Shown here: positions 24,131-36,869 of the stretch, in pieces
How positions within the stretch are numbered: the stretch's first letter is position 1
Layout of the letters: every line of letters begins with the position of its first letter
NCBI RefSeq assembly: GCF_018977255.1
Contig: NW_024704743.1
Span: 114,764,001-114,828,000, forward strand
Reading direction: 5' to 3'
Length of the DNA: 64,000 nucleotides
Origin: Callorhinchus milii
Taxonomy: Eukaryota
Program-made: the position numbers and the translations under genes
The notes under the pieces: model-generated
Told to the model about the DNA's origin: nothing
Seen by the model: the letters and a program-made list of their open reading frames with translations, nothing else
The model's database searches: none

Positions 24131-25355
24131 AGGCAGGCAACTGTTCCAGTTAAATCACAAGATTGTTTCTATATTTCATAGAGTGTTTGAAAAATATTTC
24201 AGTCAGATCTCAAAAAAGTGATTTATTTTTTAATAGAACAAACATATTTGAAGAACAATAGCATATGGCCTTGTCCTCTGGTCTGGTCTTGTCATAACAA
24301 TGTTTAATTGCAGGTATGGCTGGAATATTTGTGGGAATGGTTTTCCGGGATCCTTTAATGTTGTATTTAGTGGTTACCCAAAAGCAGGAAACTATTCTTT
24401 GGCTTTGTGGTTTGCTGCAGAATGATTGCCATTTTAAACAAGAACAACTTGTGGGTTTTCATAGCCTGTTGCATTTCCTTGTCAGGCTTTCTTTCATTGG
24501 TTTGCAATTAATTCCCACGCCATATTAAAATTAGTAATGAACTCTCTGGGATCCCGGTACACCAAGTTTCCAGTCTCAGATATAAGAAAGATCAGGATAA
24601 GTACAACAAAGATCGAGGCCTTAAACAGTACACACTGTCCTTTCACTTTGGGAAGTTGTTTGACGCCTTGAACATCTTTCTGGCAGTGAAAAGGCTCATA
24701 CATGAAGTAAATTGAGCAGTCTCAACCTTGTTCTCAGTGTTAAACTACATACAGTACATCAATTTCGCATGAAATTGTCAATTGCTCTCAAAGCTGCCAT
24801 AAGGATACACAACATGGAATCCCATTATACGATCACTTTGCCAGAATCAGTAAATCTAACTTTAAGGTTAAGACAGTCCCTACACAGAATCCCCCCACCC
24901 ACCCCAGCAAGTAAGCGTGGGTGTTGTGAAGTTTACCACTTGAGTACGTTATGCATAAAGCAAGATTAATGTGTCTGTGCAAGAATGTTAAGACTGAATA
25001 GAGCTAAGAGAGGTTCAGATGAAGAAGGTCTTTTGGCCCAGTTAATCTCACCTTTCCTGAATATCTCCCATCTTTCCATCAGGGCATTGAGCTATTTTTT
25101 AAATTAGTTCAGCAACCTGTGTTAAGAAATGAGTCATGAAGTCAGTCCTAAAATTACCATTCACAACTTGCCCTCTTGGTCTACATCTATTAACCTGCTG
25201 TAAGGTCCACTTGGAGATGCATTTTTCAGGGCTCAAGAGGCTTATCTTATCTAGCCTAGCTCATCAATCTATCAGTAGAATCATGGAATCATAGAAATTA
25301 CAACATAGAAGGAGCTGTGGAGTCTGTACAAGTTCTCAGAGTAAGATCTTTATTT

Positions 25356-25663
25356 AATAATAATAAATAATCCTTGTATTTGATATTTTCACATCTTCTA
25401 GATGTCTCAAAGCGCTTCACAGAATAGACTGTAAAGTGAATTGACTATATTTGTGGGCGAAACGCGGCAGCCAATTACCCACAGCAATGTCTCACAAACA
25501 GTCGTGGATTAAAGTGACCAATATATTATTGTTTTTTTTCTTGAGGGATTATTATCAGGCATGTGGAGTAAGGAAACTTGCTCAAGGTTTCACCCTGCCG
25601 GGAATCAAACCCAGGTCTCTCACTTGTGAGGCAAATGCTCTAACCACTGTGCTACAGGACTTC
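25356..25663 (-). mobile_element. Family A SINE, short variant
   Basis: Reverse strand has a complete head (gtcctgtagcacagtggttagagc...gggtttgattcccggcaggg), the gcctgataataatccctcaag junction and L2 tail. Confidence 0.88.
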
Positions 25664-25719
25664 ACTGCCCCACCCTATCCTCATACCCCTTCAAGCCTTT
25701 ACCTTTCATACACCTACCT

Positions 25720-26370
25720 ACTTCCCTCTTGAAACCCATATATTTTCTTCTTCCCAGCACCATATTTGGTAGACTAGTCTTCTAAGGTCTTCTTTCACTT
25801 TTCTTGTGATGATCTTCTATATAATATCTCCCTATTCACCCTGTCAAAAACTCTTATAATTTTGTCCAATTTAATCAGGTCCTCTCACCTTCTGTGCTCC
25901 AATGAAAATAGACCCAACTTAACACAATCCTTACATTTGGTATAGGCTTTCCATATCGGGAAGATATCCCAAAGAACTTCACAGGATATACAGCAAAGTG
26001 AAGTGACTGTATTTTTGTGGGCCAATGCACTCTCCTGTTTCCCTTCATAACTATAGACCTTCTTCCCCGGTATCATTCTTGTAAGCCTCCTCTGTACCCT
26101 CTCTAAAACCTTATCATTGGACTTGAAGTGAGATGCTAAAAACTGAATACAGTATTCCAGTTTGTTACTTTTCTCTATAATAACTCTAGGGCCTGCACAG
26201 CCTCATTATTCTGTGGCGACGGGAAACTGTTCTCCAGTTGTGTCCTAACCAGAGCACTGTATAGCTTGAGTTTGACTTCTGGAGATATGAGCTGAATTGA
26301 TTTAATAATGTAGCCCAGCATCCTGTTTTTTNGCCTTGTTTATTGCTGCCTCATATTGTTTGGATGTGAA
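25720..26370 (-). mobile_element. Decayed CR1 fragments with an inserted SINE tail (~25935-26025)
   Basis: Reverse strand LEYCIQF...RRLTRMIPG...KLGLFSLEHRR.R.DLI. Confidence 0.7.
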
Positions 26371-26775
26371 ACAAACGTAGGGAACTGGAAAAGAATAGGG
26401 CAAGATCAATTCTGCTATAATAACCATGGGGAGAAAAAAACGTTTTGAAACATCTGTGATACATATTGTCCAAGATTAATTTTAGGTACAACATATGGAG
26501 TTAATTGTGGTCATGTCTGTTCGATGGCATAATTATGTAATAGAAAACCTTGACTATGAGAGCCATTTTTGAAACCTATATGCTTTTGTTTGCCAAATTT
26601 TCCCTCCTTGTCTCTCAAGGTTACTAACTACTCCTGGTGTACAGTTCTATGAGCTCAGGCAGTGCCACAAGTCACCCAAATGACTTTATTCATACTTGAG
26701 CCTCAACAATGAGTGTCAAATGCAGTGACAGAGCACCAAAATCAGGTTTTAGTTTTTAATGTCAAAAAAGAGCCT

Positions 26776-27147
26776 GTGGAATCCTGTAGCTCAGTAGTTA
26801 GAGCACTCGCCTCACAAGTGAGAGACCTGGGTTCAATTCCTGGCAGGGCGAAACGTTGGGCAAGTTTCGTTACTCCACACACCTCTGTTTACCTAGCAGT
26901 AAATAAGAACCCGGTTGTTAGTCGTTTGGGGGATCGCTTTTCCGGACGAAATAATTCCTTCAAAATAAATTTTAAAAAATAATAATTTGGTCACTCTTTG
27001 TCGGACACTGCTGTGCACAATTAGCTGCCTTGTTATGCCCACAAATATACAGTCAATTCGCTTTAGAGTATGTTCTGTGATGTGCTTTGAGATGCCTTGA
27101 AGATGTTATAAGGCACTATATCAAATGCAAGGATTATAATTATTGTT
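26776..27147 (+). mobile_element. Family A SINE, long variant, full length
   Basis: Head, CORE-like ttgggcaagtttcgttactccacacacctctgtttacctagcagtaaataag, gtcgtttgggggatcgc segment, Deu-like end and L2 tail. Confidence 0.9.
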
Positions 27148-27214
27148 ATGCTACGTTATTGATTACTACAAATCGGTGGTTTGATGGAAAAAAGGGCAGG
27201 AACCCTGGTAAAAA

Positions 27215-27495
27215 GTAATAGTAATAATAATAATCATTGCATTTGATTTTCCACCTTATTAAGTCGTCAAATGTCTCAAAGTGCTTCACAGGATTTTTAC
27301 TGTATAGTGACTGTGTATTTTTCAGCGAACACAGTAGCCAATGTCCCACAGAGAGTCATGAGTGAATGATGAATTATTTATCTGGGAGATTGTTGGCCAG
27401 GACTCCGGGAGAAACTCCATTCTCTTTTTTTGAATCGTGCCATGGGATCTTTAATGTCCACCCGAACAGGCACAAACAGGACCTCGGTTTAAAGT
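27215..27495 (-). mobile_element. Family B Deu SINE, 5'-truncated
   Basis: gtgccatgggatctttaatgtccacccgaacaggc...gacctcggtttaa, with a tail pointing left. Confidence 0.75.
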
Positions 27496-27499
27496 CTCA

Positions 27500-27712
27500 A
27501 GGCAGGATGATTGAGGGAGAGTGTTCCAGAGTTTCGGGACATAGTGGCTGAAAGCGTGACCTCCGATGGTGGGAAAGAGGATGTGAGGGACGAGCAGGAG
27601 GCCAATGTCAGTCGAGCAGTGGCGCCGGGTGGTGGATTGGGGAGTGAGAAGGTCGGAGAGGTAGGGAGGTGCGGAGAGTCAAGGCACTTGAACACAAGTG
27701 TGAGGATCTTGA
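27500..27712 (-). mobile_element. L2 ORF2 C-terminal fragment
   Basis: Reverse strand FKILTLVFKCLD...IGG..F...LWN.LP. Confidence 0.65.
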
Positions 27713-27969
27713 AGTCAAGAATACAATCACTTCATGTTACAGTACAACATGTGAAGTGCTTTCTGCCAACATGAAAGGTGCTATGTCAATTTTAAGTATT
27801 ATTATTAACCTCATCACAAATAATGGGTCCCTTCAGGTAACCAGAATGACATAACATACTTTCAGAGCAAAGTTTGTAGAGGTGCAGGTCTGGATGATTT
27901 ATGGTTTAAAGTTATCACAAGATTGGTCTGGATGAAAAAGATCCTTCAGCCCATCCATTCCCATCCCTC

Positions 27970-28562
27970 AAGAACATAGGAACATAGGATCAGGAGTAGG
28001 CCATTCAGCCTGTCGAGCCTGTTCCACCATTTAATTAGATCATGGCTGATTTATATCTATATTAGAATTTCAAATCCAATTTCCCGCTTTCTCCCCATAT
28101 CCCTTAATACCCTGACCTATAAAAACTCTGTCAATCTCTTTCTTGAAGGTGTGGATGGATCCAGCATCCACGACCTTTTGGAGGAGAGAGTTCCAGATTT
28201 CTACCACCCTTTGAGTGAAAAAATGCTTCCTAATTTCACTCTTAAATAGTCTGGTTCTAATTTTAAGACTATGCCCTCTTGTTTTGCATTCCCCCAACAT
28301 AGGAAATAGCTTTTCTGCATCCGCCTATCAAATCCCTTTATCATCCTAAAAACCTCTATCAAATCACCCCTCAATCTTCTAAACTCGAGGGAATACAATC
28401 CAAGTTTACACAGTCTTTCCTCATAACTTAACCCTTTTTGGCCTGGTGATATTCTGGTGAACCTGCGTTGCACCCCTCCAAGGCCAATATATCTTTCCTG
28501 TGGTGTGGTGCCCAAAAGTGAACGCAGTACTCCAGGTGGGGTCTAACTAATGCTCTATACAG
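27970..28562 (-). mobile_element. CR1 3' portion (TTCCTATG tail subfamily) nested in an older CR1-like end
   Basis: Reverse strand [50 protein letters not shown]; tail agaacataggaacatagga. Confidence 0.9.
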
Positions 28563-29167
28563 CTGTTTTTTAATGTCGTGGTCTCAGCCACATTTCCTGG
28601 CAACCTATTCCAGTCATTGATTACCCCTCTACATAAACAAAAGCTTCCCTGTATCTGTCCTAACATTGTCCTTTACAACTCTAAATGCATGTCCTCTTGT
28701 TCTACTATCACAACACACTTTCTGTCCTTTCATTTGGAGTTCATTTTGATGGGAATATTCTTTTTTTCCCTTGGAAGAAAAGATTTAATTGTGAAACGTT
28801 TCTAAGTTATTTATAATTGACAATAAAGGACTTTTTGTAAGAATCAGAGTATGACTACAGTGTGGAACAAACTCAGTGATGATAGTTGAGAATTATACAG
28901 AGTAACTCTACTGCCATCCTGTGGATTTCTATCAACAATGAAATCTGGCAGAAAATAACAGGTTCAAGATACAACTCAGTCCAACCATTTCATTCTGGTT
29001 ACCGCTGCCCTCTCTTGAATTTCAAGCAATCAAACAGGAAATTGCATTACTCTGTGATCTGTATCACTATTGTGAAGAGCTTCAAGCTTGCGTAACGCTC
29101 AACTGCCCTGCTCTCTGCACTCACCAACTCCTCCCTACATAAGCTACAGACCATCCAGACATTGTGT

Positions 29168-29535
29168 GTCAACCTGGCTCAGTGGTATCTCTCTCGCCTC
29201 CGAGTCAGAAGTTTGTGGGTTCAGGCTCACGTTGGGGTTTGCAACCATATAGTCTAAGCTGACACTCCAATGCAATGCTGGAGGTAGGGGTTGCATTGTC
29301 GGTGGTTCCATCCTTCGGATGAGTTTTTAAACGTAGATAGCTATTCAGATGGATGTTAAAGATACCATGGAACTGTTCGAAATGAGAAGGTTGTTTCTCC
29401 CAGTGTTCTGGCCAACGAATCCCTCGAATAAAATTGTTCATTCACTTCATGGCTGTTTGTGGGACATCGCTATGTGCAAATTAGCAGCCACATTCACCTA
29501 CAAAATATACAGTCAAGCCACTTTACAATATACCT
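29168..29535 (+). mobile_element. Family B Deu SINE
   Basis: gtcaacctggctcagtggtatctctctcgcctccgagtcagaagtttgtgggttcaggc head; ttcggatgag, ggatgttaaagataccatgg, gctgtttgtgggacatcgctatgtgcaaattagc. Confidence 0.8.
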
Positions 29536-32114
29536 TTCTCTTCAACCGTGCTTTTGTGCCAACTTCATTACCCTGGAGTTAAAAAAAAATTGTTCCAAAG
29601 AAATTTTAGATTCAATGAATACTTCAAGTTTTCCTTTGTCAATTCCGTCATCCTGCTGTTGACCTTAATCATCGTTTAATATTACTGTGCAGTAGCATCT
29701 TTAACCTTGAGACCTGGTTGGAATTTTTACAGCCACTTATTCTGCTCGCTGCCACAGACAAATTATAGGCTGAGGGATCATATATATTTTGTAAAGCTCA
29801 GGAGGCTTAATTAGTGCTTTGCTCTGGTTCCCATGGATTTTTGGTTCTATTCAATTCATAACAAAAATGCACGAGCATAATATAGGAAATAATAATATTG
29901 GTCAGATAGTACCTTTGCTGCATATATTTGGCTTCACTGTATACTAAAGGTAATTTAGCCTTGGTAACCTCGACAGTTCTGGGAGCAATGCCATTTGATA
30001 TTCAGGTCTGTTTTTCCAGCCTCTGTTACCAATATTTGGGTAGTAGAGATCATGAATATGAATCTCCAACTATGTTTCATGAGTGTCCAAATGTCTGATG
30101 TATTTGTAATACTTCACATTTATATTTATATTCATACCACGTCTTTCATGTCAGGAGAAGGTCTCAGGTCTCAAAACACCTCACACTCTGACTAGGAGCT
30201 GCACTGGGTGCTGGGTGGGGCGGGGCTGTGTGAATCCTGGGACGTTCTCCCAACATCAAAGGCCCTATATAAATGCAATTTGTTGTTGTTGTGTTCTCCT
30301 ACAAATTTACAGTCACTGCACTTAAATCGTGTGAAACTTTGAGACGTATCAGCGATGTGATACGGCGCTATTTCAAACGCAAGAGTAATTATTATCATAA
30401 AAGCAGTTAGCGCTGCCTCAATGAACGTCTTAAAAAAGAACTGTATATGCATCTATTTGGGAACAACTTTGGAAGATAAAAATAAGTACAATAGGATGAG
30501 CAAATATTCTGTCCACTCCTTTCTAGCATTAGAAATGTAAAGATAGTCCAGAAAACTATCTGAGCTCCTTTAACCATCTTTTTAAAGCAGTGTGATGCTG
30601 ACACTTATACAATATACCATACAATTTAGATTTATATAGCGCCTTTCACATCAGGAGGATGTCTCAAAGCACTATACACAGTTTGCTTGAAGTAACGTCA
30701 CACTCCCACCGATAAGTAATCTGAGCATGAATCCATTTGACAAACACCAGTTATATTATGGCATCTGTGTAATGAGAACACTTTATCAAATCAGCACAAA
30801 ATCTGTAATAAAACCAGCCAGTTTGGTTTCTCCTACTGATTTCATGTGAGTGCCAGTAAACATGCAGTTAAACAAAGGGAATTGTACATCATTACCATCT
30901 GTTTTCAGCAATTAGCAATGTTTATTTCACAGGTTTCCCAACTGTGTATTTTGCCCCTATTATTTTGCCGAATATCTGCTTCTCGACTAAAAAGACCAGA
31001 TGTGGAAGATTGTTTTTCCTGCATCTCCTCTTGGGAATGCAAGCAATTCGAAAACAAGTCTTTACACTGCCACCTAATGGCATTACAACAGGTATTCAGC
31101 CAAAGAGCACAGGATAATGTTCTCATTATTTTTACTTTAAATGTTTATCGGCTGCTAGATTTCGCCCACAAAATGTACAGTCAATTCACTTTACAGTATA
31201 TTCTGTAAAGTCTTTAAGACGTCTCGAAGACATGATAAGGTGTTATATCAAGTATTATTAGTATTATTATCCACCTCCCCACACACTCTCCATATTAAAA
31301 GTAAAATCATCTGTTCTGTAATATATATTAAAATAATCATTTTAATTTTTCTCCAATGTGGCTGCTCTGCTGATGAGAGCTGTATATTCCCTCTGATCAT
31401 CTGTGTCTGGTCAGAGGGAAACATAATGATATATCTGCAACAGCAGGAAACTGCTGGCATTCTCAATAGCTTTTCCTCATTCACTGAGAAGGTGTGAAGG
31501 TGAGACCCAGTTTTAAATGATTTCTGTTCCAAACAAGTGACAGATAATAATGTTTTTAAATCCAGTGGTAGTTATTATGATAATAATAAAACACATTCTC
31601 AAAACACTTCACAGGACTTATTGTAAAATGCAGTGAAAAAGAACAAAATCCCAGGTTGATCAAGGCATCTTAACTAAGTATGCCTCTGCTGATGAGACTG
31701 TATCACTAACCATCAGGAGTAGCCTGGAGCGATTGAATCTCAAATCTCCCACCCCTGCCTGTCAGGAGTGGCCTAGCCTCAAATGGATACCTCCCTACAA
31801 CCATTCAACCTCATCATATGGGAAACAATGAGCCTATAGCCATGTCCCAGGACCATAGAAGTCAAAGTCCATTGTCAGTGCTGTCACCTCCAATGAAGCC
31901 TAATCTACCCTATTCCCAGTTCCCTGTTCTTTCCTTATGGTCTCCCTTTGAAACCTATTGCTTTTGTGAAGATAACTGTGAAGATAAATATTTTGTGAAG
32001 ATAAGTCTCAAATGAGACTCAGTCGATTGACAACAGATAACCCACTGTCTTTTACATTGGGCCATGAAAACACAAGAAGAAAGCAATGAGAAAAGAAGCC
32101 ATTTAATCCATTCT

Positions 32115-32325
32115 AGCTCAGCCAGGCTCAGTTGGTAGCACACTCGTCTCTGAGTCATAAAGTTGCAGGTTCAAGCCCCACGTTGTGATTTTGAACTGAC
32201 AGTCTGAGTTGAGAACCTAGTGCAGTGTTGGGGGAGCGCTGCATTGTTAGAGGTGCTGTCCTTCAGATGAGACATTAAACTGAGATCTCGTCTGCCTGTT
32301 CAGGCGGACATTAAAAATCCACAGC
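32115..32325 (+). mobile_element. Family B Deu SINE, 5' half
   Basis: ggctcagttggtagcacactcgtctctgagtca...ggttcaagccccac...cagatgagacattaaac...tctgcctgttcagg. Confidence 0.78.
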
Positions 32326-32714
32326 AAAACGCTTCACATAGCTGACTGAATACCCAAGCTGAGAAAAGTGTACTTCTGAAATTCCACACCCTCGTTGATG
32401 CCAACAACCCCATTAAAACTGAATAAAGTAACACGTTTCTCTGTCACTGGATCAGTCAGTGGATTTTCAATCAGCAAAGAAAATGTTGCCACAAAATTGA
32501 AGACTTGAAAGGAAATTATAATAACAATAATAACAACAACAAAGTTACATTTATATAGCGCCTTTCAAGGCAGAGGCAAGTGCCAAGGCACTTGACGTTT
32601 GAAGTTCCATTTGATGCTAGCCTTACATTTGATCGAGCGCCTTCACATGATTTTACTGTAAAGCTTGTAGGCAAACGTAGCAGCCAATTAGCACACAGCA
32701 ATATAATAAAAACA

Positions 32715-33172
32715 ATAATCTTTGCATTTGATATAACACCTTATCACGTCTTTGAGACGTCTCAAAGCGCTTCACAGAATATACTATAAAGTGAATTGAC
32801 TGTATATTTGTGGGCAATGTCCCAGAAACAACCATCATGTGAATGAACTATTTCACCTAAGGAAGCTACATCAGGTCATCCTATGGATGGAATGGCAACA
32901 AATGTAAATTTGTTATTGTTATTGGTCTATTAGTTAGGACATTGGGATAAACTCCCCTAACTTTTCAAATAGTGCTACGGGATCTTTATCATCCACCTGA
33001 ACACACAGACAACACCTTGCTTTAACATCTCATCCAAAGGGCGGCACCTTAAACAATGAAGTACACCCCCGGCACTTCCCTGGAGTGCCAGACAAGACTG
33101 GTTCTCCACATGGGGCCTCAACCTACATCCTCTAACTCAGAGGTGAGAGTGCGACCAACTGAACCAAGCTTA
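32715..33172 (-). mobile_element. Family B Deu SINE, full length, with an ~80 bp internal insertion
   Basis: Reverse head agcttggttcagttggtcgcactctcacctctgag; Deu core gggatcttt..catccacctgaacacacagac; L2 tail at left. Confidence 0.75.
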
Positions 33173-33739
33173 ATATGTCAGTCACCATTAAAGGTTAAAG
33201 GCTGCAGCTCATAGCTCATACCCACAAAGTGAATGGAATATATATTTTAAATAATTTTCATTTCTTAAAACCCAAATAACTCACAACGGAATTGATAAAG
33301 AAGACAGTTAAATCTTTTTTTTGCAGTTACCAAAAATGTAGGAAATATAGCTGCACTGGAGGAAGGTAATCCAATAAAGCAGACCAGAAGTTAACTTCAT
33401 TAATGCCTGGCAGAGAGTAACACTGCCAGGCGTGGAGCTTCTAGTGAAGGTGTCATTACTTGGAAACCCTTTAAGGTCATCCTATGAATGGAGCATCACA
33501 TCCAGCGCAATCGCATCTGTGCCAGGCTCGACAATCCTGCCAACTCAGGCATCAAAACCTCCTGGGAAGATCTGATTGGTGTCATCAGAGATGCAAAGGG
33601 GGTTGCGAGGCAGCTTCATCAGAATTTTGCCAAAACTATCAACCTGCTCAGCCATCTGTCTGCAGCCAGATTTCATACTGAGATACAACAAGAACGATCT
33701 CTGCATGGATGGCTGAAGCCATTTGTGTAGCAATTCATG

Positions 33740-34100
33740 CAAGGTTTTTAAAGAAGGTTCATGGAATTAATGACAAATTAACTGGTTGGATGGAAAACTG
33801 ATGTTAGCAATAAGAAGCAGAAGGTTATAATAACTGGAATTCAGCTTTTCCCAGAGAATAGTGGAATTTTGCGTAGGTATGCGCTGGCCCCTAGTGCCCA
33901 TACTATGTTCATGAATGACTGGGTGAGTAATTTATGTGACATTATAAATTCCCTGATGGTCCCAAACTAAGTGGGCAGGTAAATGATATAAGCATAGGCG
34001 TATTCAAGAAGATATGGACCAAATAATCAAATAGACCAAGGAACGGCAGATGGAGTTTGATGTCAATATGTGAAGTAATTCATATTGGGTGAAGAAGAAG
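33740..34100 (+). mobile_element. Highly decayed CR1 RT fragment
   Basis: HGI..KL..W.EN..SN.KQ.V, LF..FMND, KF.D..KL and QMEF.V..CEVIH motifs are discernible across frameshifts. Confidence 0.6.
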
Positions 34101-34171
34101 CAGTAAACACTACATTGGAGAAATATGTATATTATAAGAGGTGAAGAAAGGTGCTGTCTGGCTTTATTCAA

Positions 34172-34632
34172 TCATTTACCAGGGATGAGGGACTTTAGTG
34201 ATGTGGAAAGACTAGATAAGATGGGATTGGTCTCCTTAGAGCAGAAAAGGTTAAGGAGAGATTTAACAGAGGTGTTCAAAATTATGAGGGGTTTCGATAG
34301 AGTAGATAGGAAGAAACTATTTCCATTGGCAGATGGGTCAGTAACCATGGCACATAGATTTAAGATAATTGGCAAAAGAACCAGAGGAGAGATGAGGAGA
34401 ATTTTTTTTACGCAGAGAGTTGTTACGGTCTGGAAAGCATTGCTTGAAAGAGTGGGTGGAAACAGCTTCAATAACAACTTTCAAAAAGGAATTAGATAGG
34501 TACTTGAAAAAGGAAAAATTTGCTAGAATATGGGGAAAGAGCAGGGTAGTGGGACTGATTGGGTAGCTCTTCCAAAGAGCCGGCACAGGCTTCCTTCTGT
34601 GCTGTAATATTCTATGATTTTATGATTCTATA
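34172..34632 (+). mobile_element. CR1 3' fragment (ATTCTATG tail subfamily)
   Basis: PGMRDFS.VERLDKMGL.SLEQKRLRRDL.EVFKIMRGFDRVD...FFTQRVV.VW; close relative of the 1936-2470 copy. Confidence 0.9.
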
Positions 34633-35225
34633 ATTGGCTTTCCAAAATCACAGAGTACCCAAGTACAAATATTGCAAATCAGATGGCAGTGTCAGCAATG
34701 CCAGTTGTTAAACAACCTTAGATTGACACCTGATCCCATTCAAAGGACAAGAAAGAAGGTAATTTTCTATTTCCCGTAATTACAATAAAAAACCTTACAT
34801 TTGATATACCACCTTAGCACGTTGCCATAATGCTTCATAGAATTTATTATAAAGTATATTTGTAGACAACGACAGTAGGCAGTGTCCCATAAATAACCAC
34901 AAAGTGAATGGCCAATTCAATCTGGAGGATTGTTGGCCAGAACACAGGGGGATACTGGGTTTCACTCACTAATCTGGGGTAGAATTAGTACTGGAACTCA
35001 GCCTCACCCATTCTAATCTTCAAGGACTGGAGCAAGTAATCAATAGTTGCAACAGGTTGGTACAAACAATGGATGAGACCAGTTCACTGGACTCATTTAA
35101 GAAGCAGCTTAATCCTACATAGAATTACATGGAGTGATACAGCATAGAAACATACCATTTGGTCCAACTAGTCCGTGATGGTGTTTATACTCCCCTCACC
35201 TATACTCCTCTGTTCTTCTCATGCT

Positions 35226-35553
35226 GTGGAGTCCAGTAGCTCAGTGGTTAGAGCAATTGCCTCACAAGCGAGAGACCTGGGTTCAATTCCTGGCAGGACA
35301 AAACCTTGGGCAAGTTTCCTTACTCCACACGATTCTGATAATAATCCTTCAAAGAAAAAAAACAATAATAATTTGGTCACTTCAATCCACGACTGTTTGT
35401 GGGACACTGCTGTGCACAATTGGCTGCCACGTTTCGCCCACAATATACAGTCAATTCACTTTATAGGATATTCTGTGAAGCGCTTTGAGATGTCTAGAAG
35501 ACGTGAAAAGCGCTATATCAAATGCAAGGATTATTATTATTATTATTATTATT
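35226..35553 (+). mobile_element. Family A SINE, short variant, full length
   Basis: Head gtggagtccagtagctcagtggttagagc, short junction ctgataataatccttcaa, long (ATT)n tail. Confidence 0.9.
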
Positions 35554-36869
35554 ATGCTGTAATAGGATAAGAGTTCCTACTGTTTTCCTCAGCCAAAAAT
35601 GCATAGAGCAAGCTTTTTTTTCACAACCAAAGATCCATGTTTGTAAAAGTGTGAAAAATGAAAGGAGGGTTGCCTAATATTATTTGTTTTCTAATTTGCA
35701 GCGTGTATAGATTTGATAGATTATCAGTTGTAACATTGGATTCTTTCAGCAACAGCACCAGTCAAGCAGCATTGTTCATTTCAGATCCTGCCTCTTCAAA
35801 TCACCGTCTTTCACTGAGCTCAATGGCGTGAGAGGAGTGCGTCACTATATATTTAACAGTGATTTATTTTTAATTTAAATTTATGTACAGCTGCAGGCTC
35901 AAATTGTTGTACCACCCCTTTGTTTACCCAACAAGAAGTCTTTCTTCTTTCGTGAAGCTCTGGCTTCAGTAACTGAATTGTACCATTTAAAGCAGCACTA
36001 CGCCAGAAGTTCAACACGATGAGCTGAAAATATGGGGACATTAATTATGATGAATTAATATTTATTTCCTGACACGAAGTGGAATTAAAATGGCTTGTGT
36101 CAACAATGCATGATCCCACACCAATGCATGCTTCAAAACCAGAAGTTAGCTCTTTTGTGTTTCAAGTTTAATTTCTTTTGGAAATTTGCTTTCCTACTTG
36201 GGTTCTTAATTCTAAAATTGCCCAAAAAAGAGGTAGATATTAACTCCGCATTAAAACAGCACATTTTCTGCATATTGATACCGAGATTGAATCTAACGCA
36301 AAGTGACTCAAATGACAGATTAACAATCCCTTCTCTCTATTCTCATAGAAAGTGTTAAAAAAACTGGATAATCTCAACCCAGTTACGCATAGCTCAGATC
36401 CCAACTACAAAAAATGTCAAAATTCATGAATAATTTATATTACGTTAGCAATTTTGCTCAGAGTAAACATGACCAGAATTATCCTGCCTGCAGCATGAAT
36501 TACCACACAGATGACAATGGAATGTATTTTTTAGCAATAATCCTATTTTTGTAATCAATAAATCTGGTTCAAATTGTATGGTATCAATCAATTTTCTAAT
36601 AAATTGAATTATGCGCAGTTGGGACTGAATAATAATAAACATAATGACAATAATAATTTATTCTAGTTTCACAAGACATTGACTCACAATAATATCACTC
36701 AAATGATTTTTATCTACAATATTAATTGGAACACATACATTTTTTAGATGCAGAACGGGCCAGTTGGGCTATCGAGTCTGTACCACTCCTACTTTATAGA
36801 TCTTTCCCCATATCCCTTAATGTTTTCCTGCTCCGGTGCTTTACCAATTTCCTTTTGAATTCATTTAGG

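Noticed and set aside
33484..33742. ATG-initiated 80-aa ORF with overlapping ORFs
   Set aside because: No recognisable protein or splice signals. It is contiguous with a decayed CR1 RT fragment and may be its degraded upstream part.
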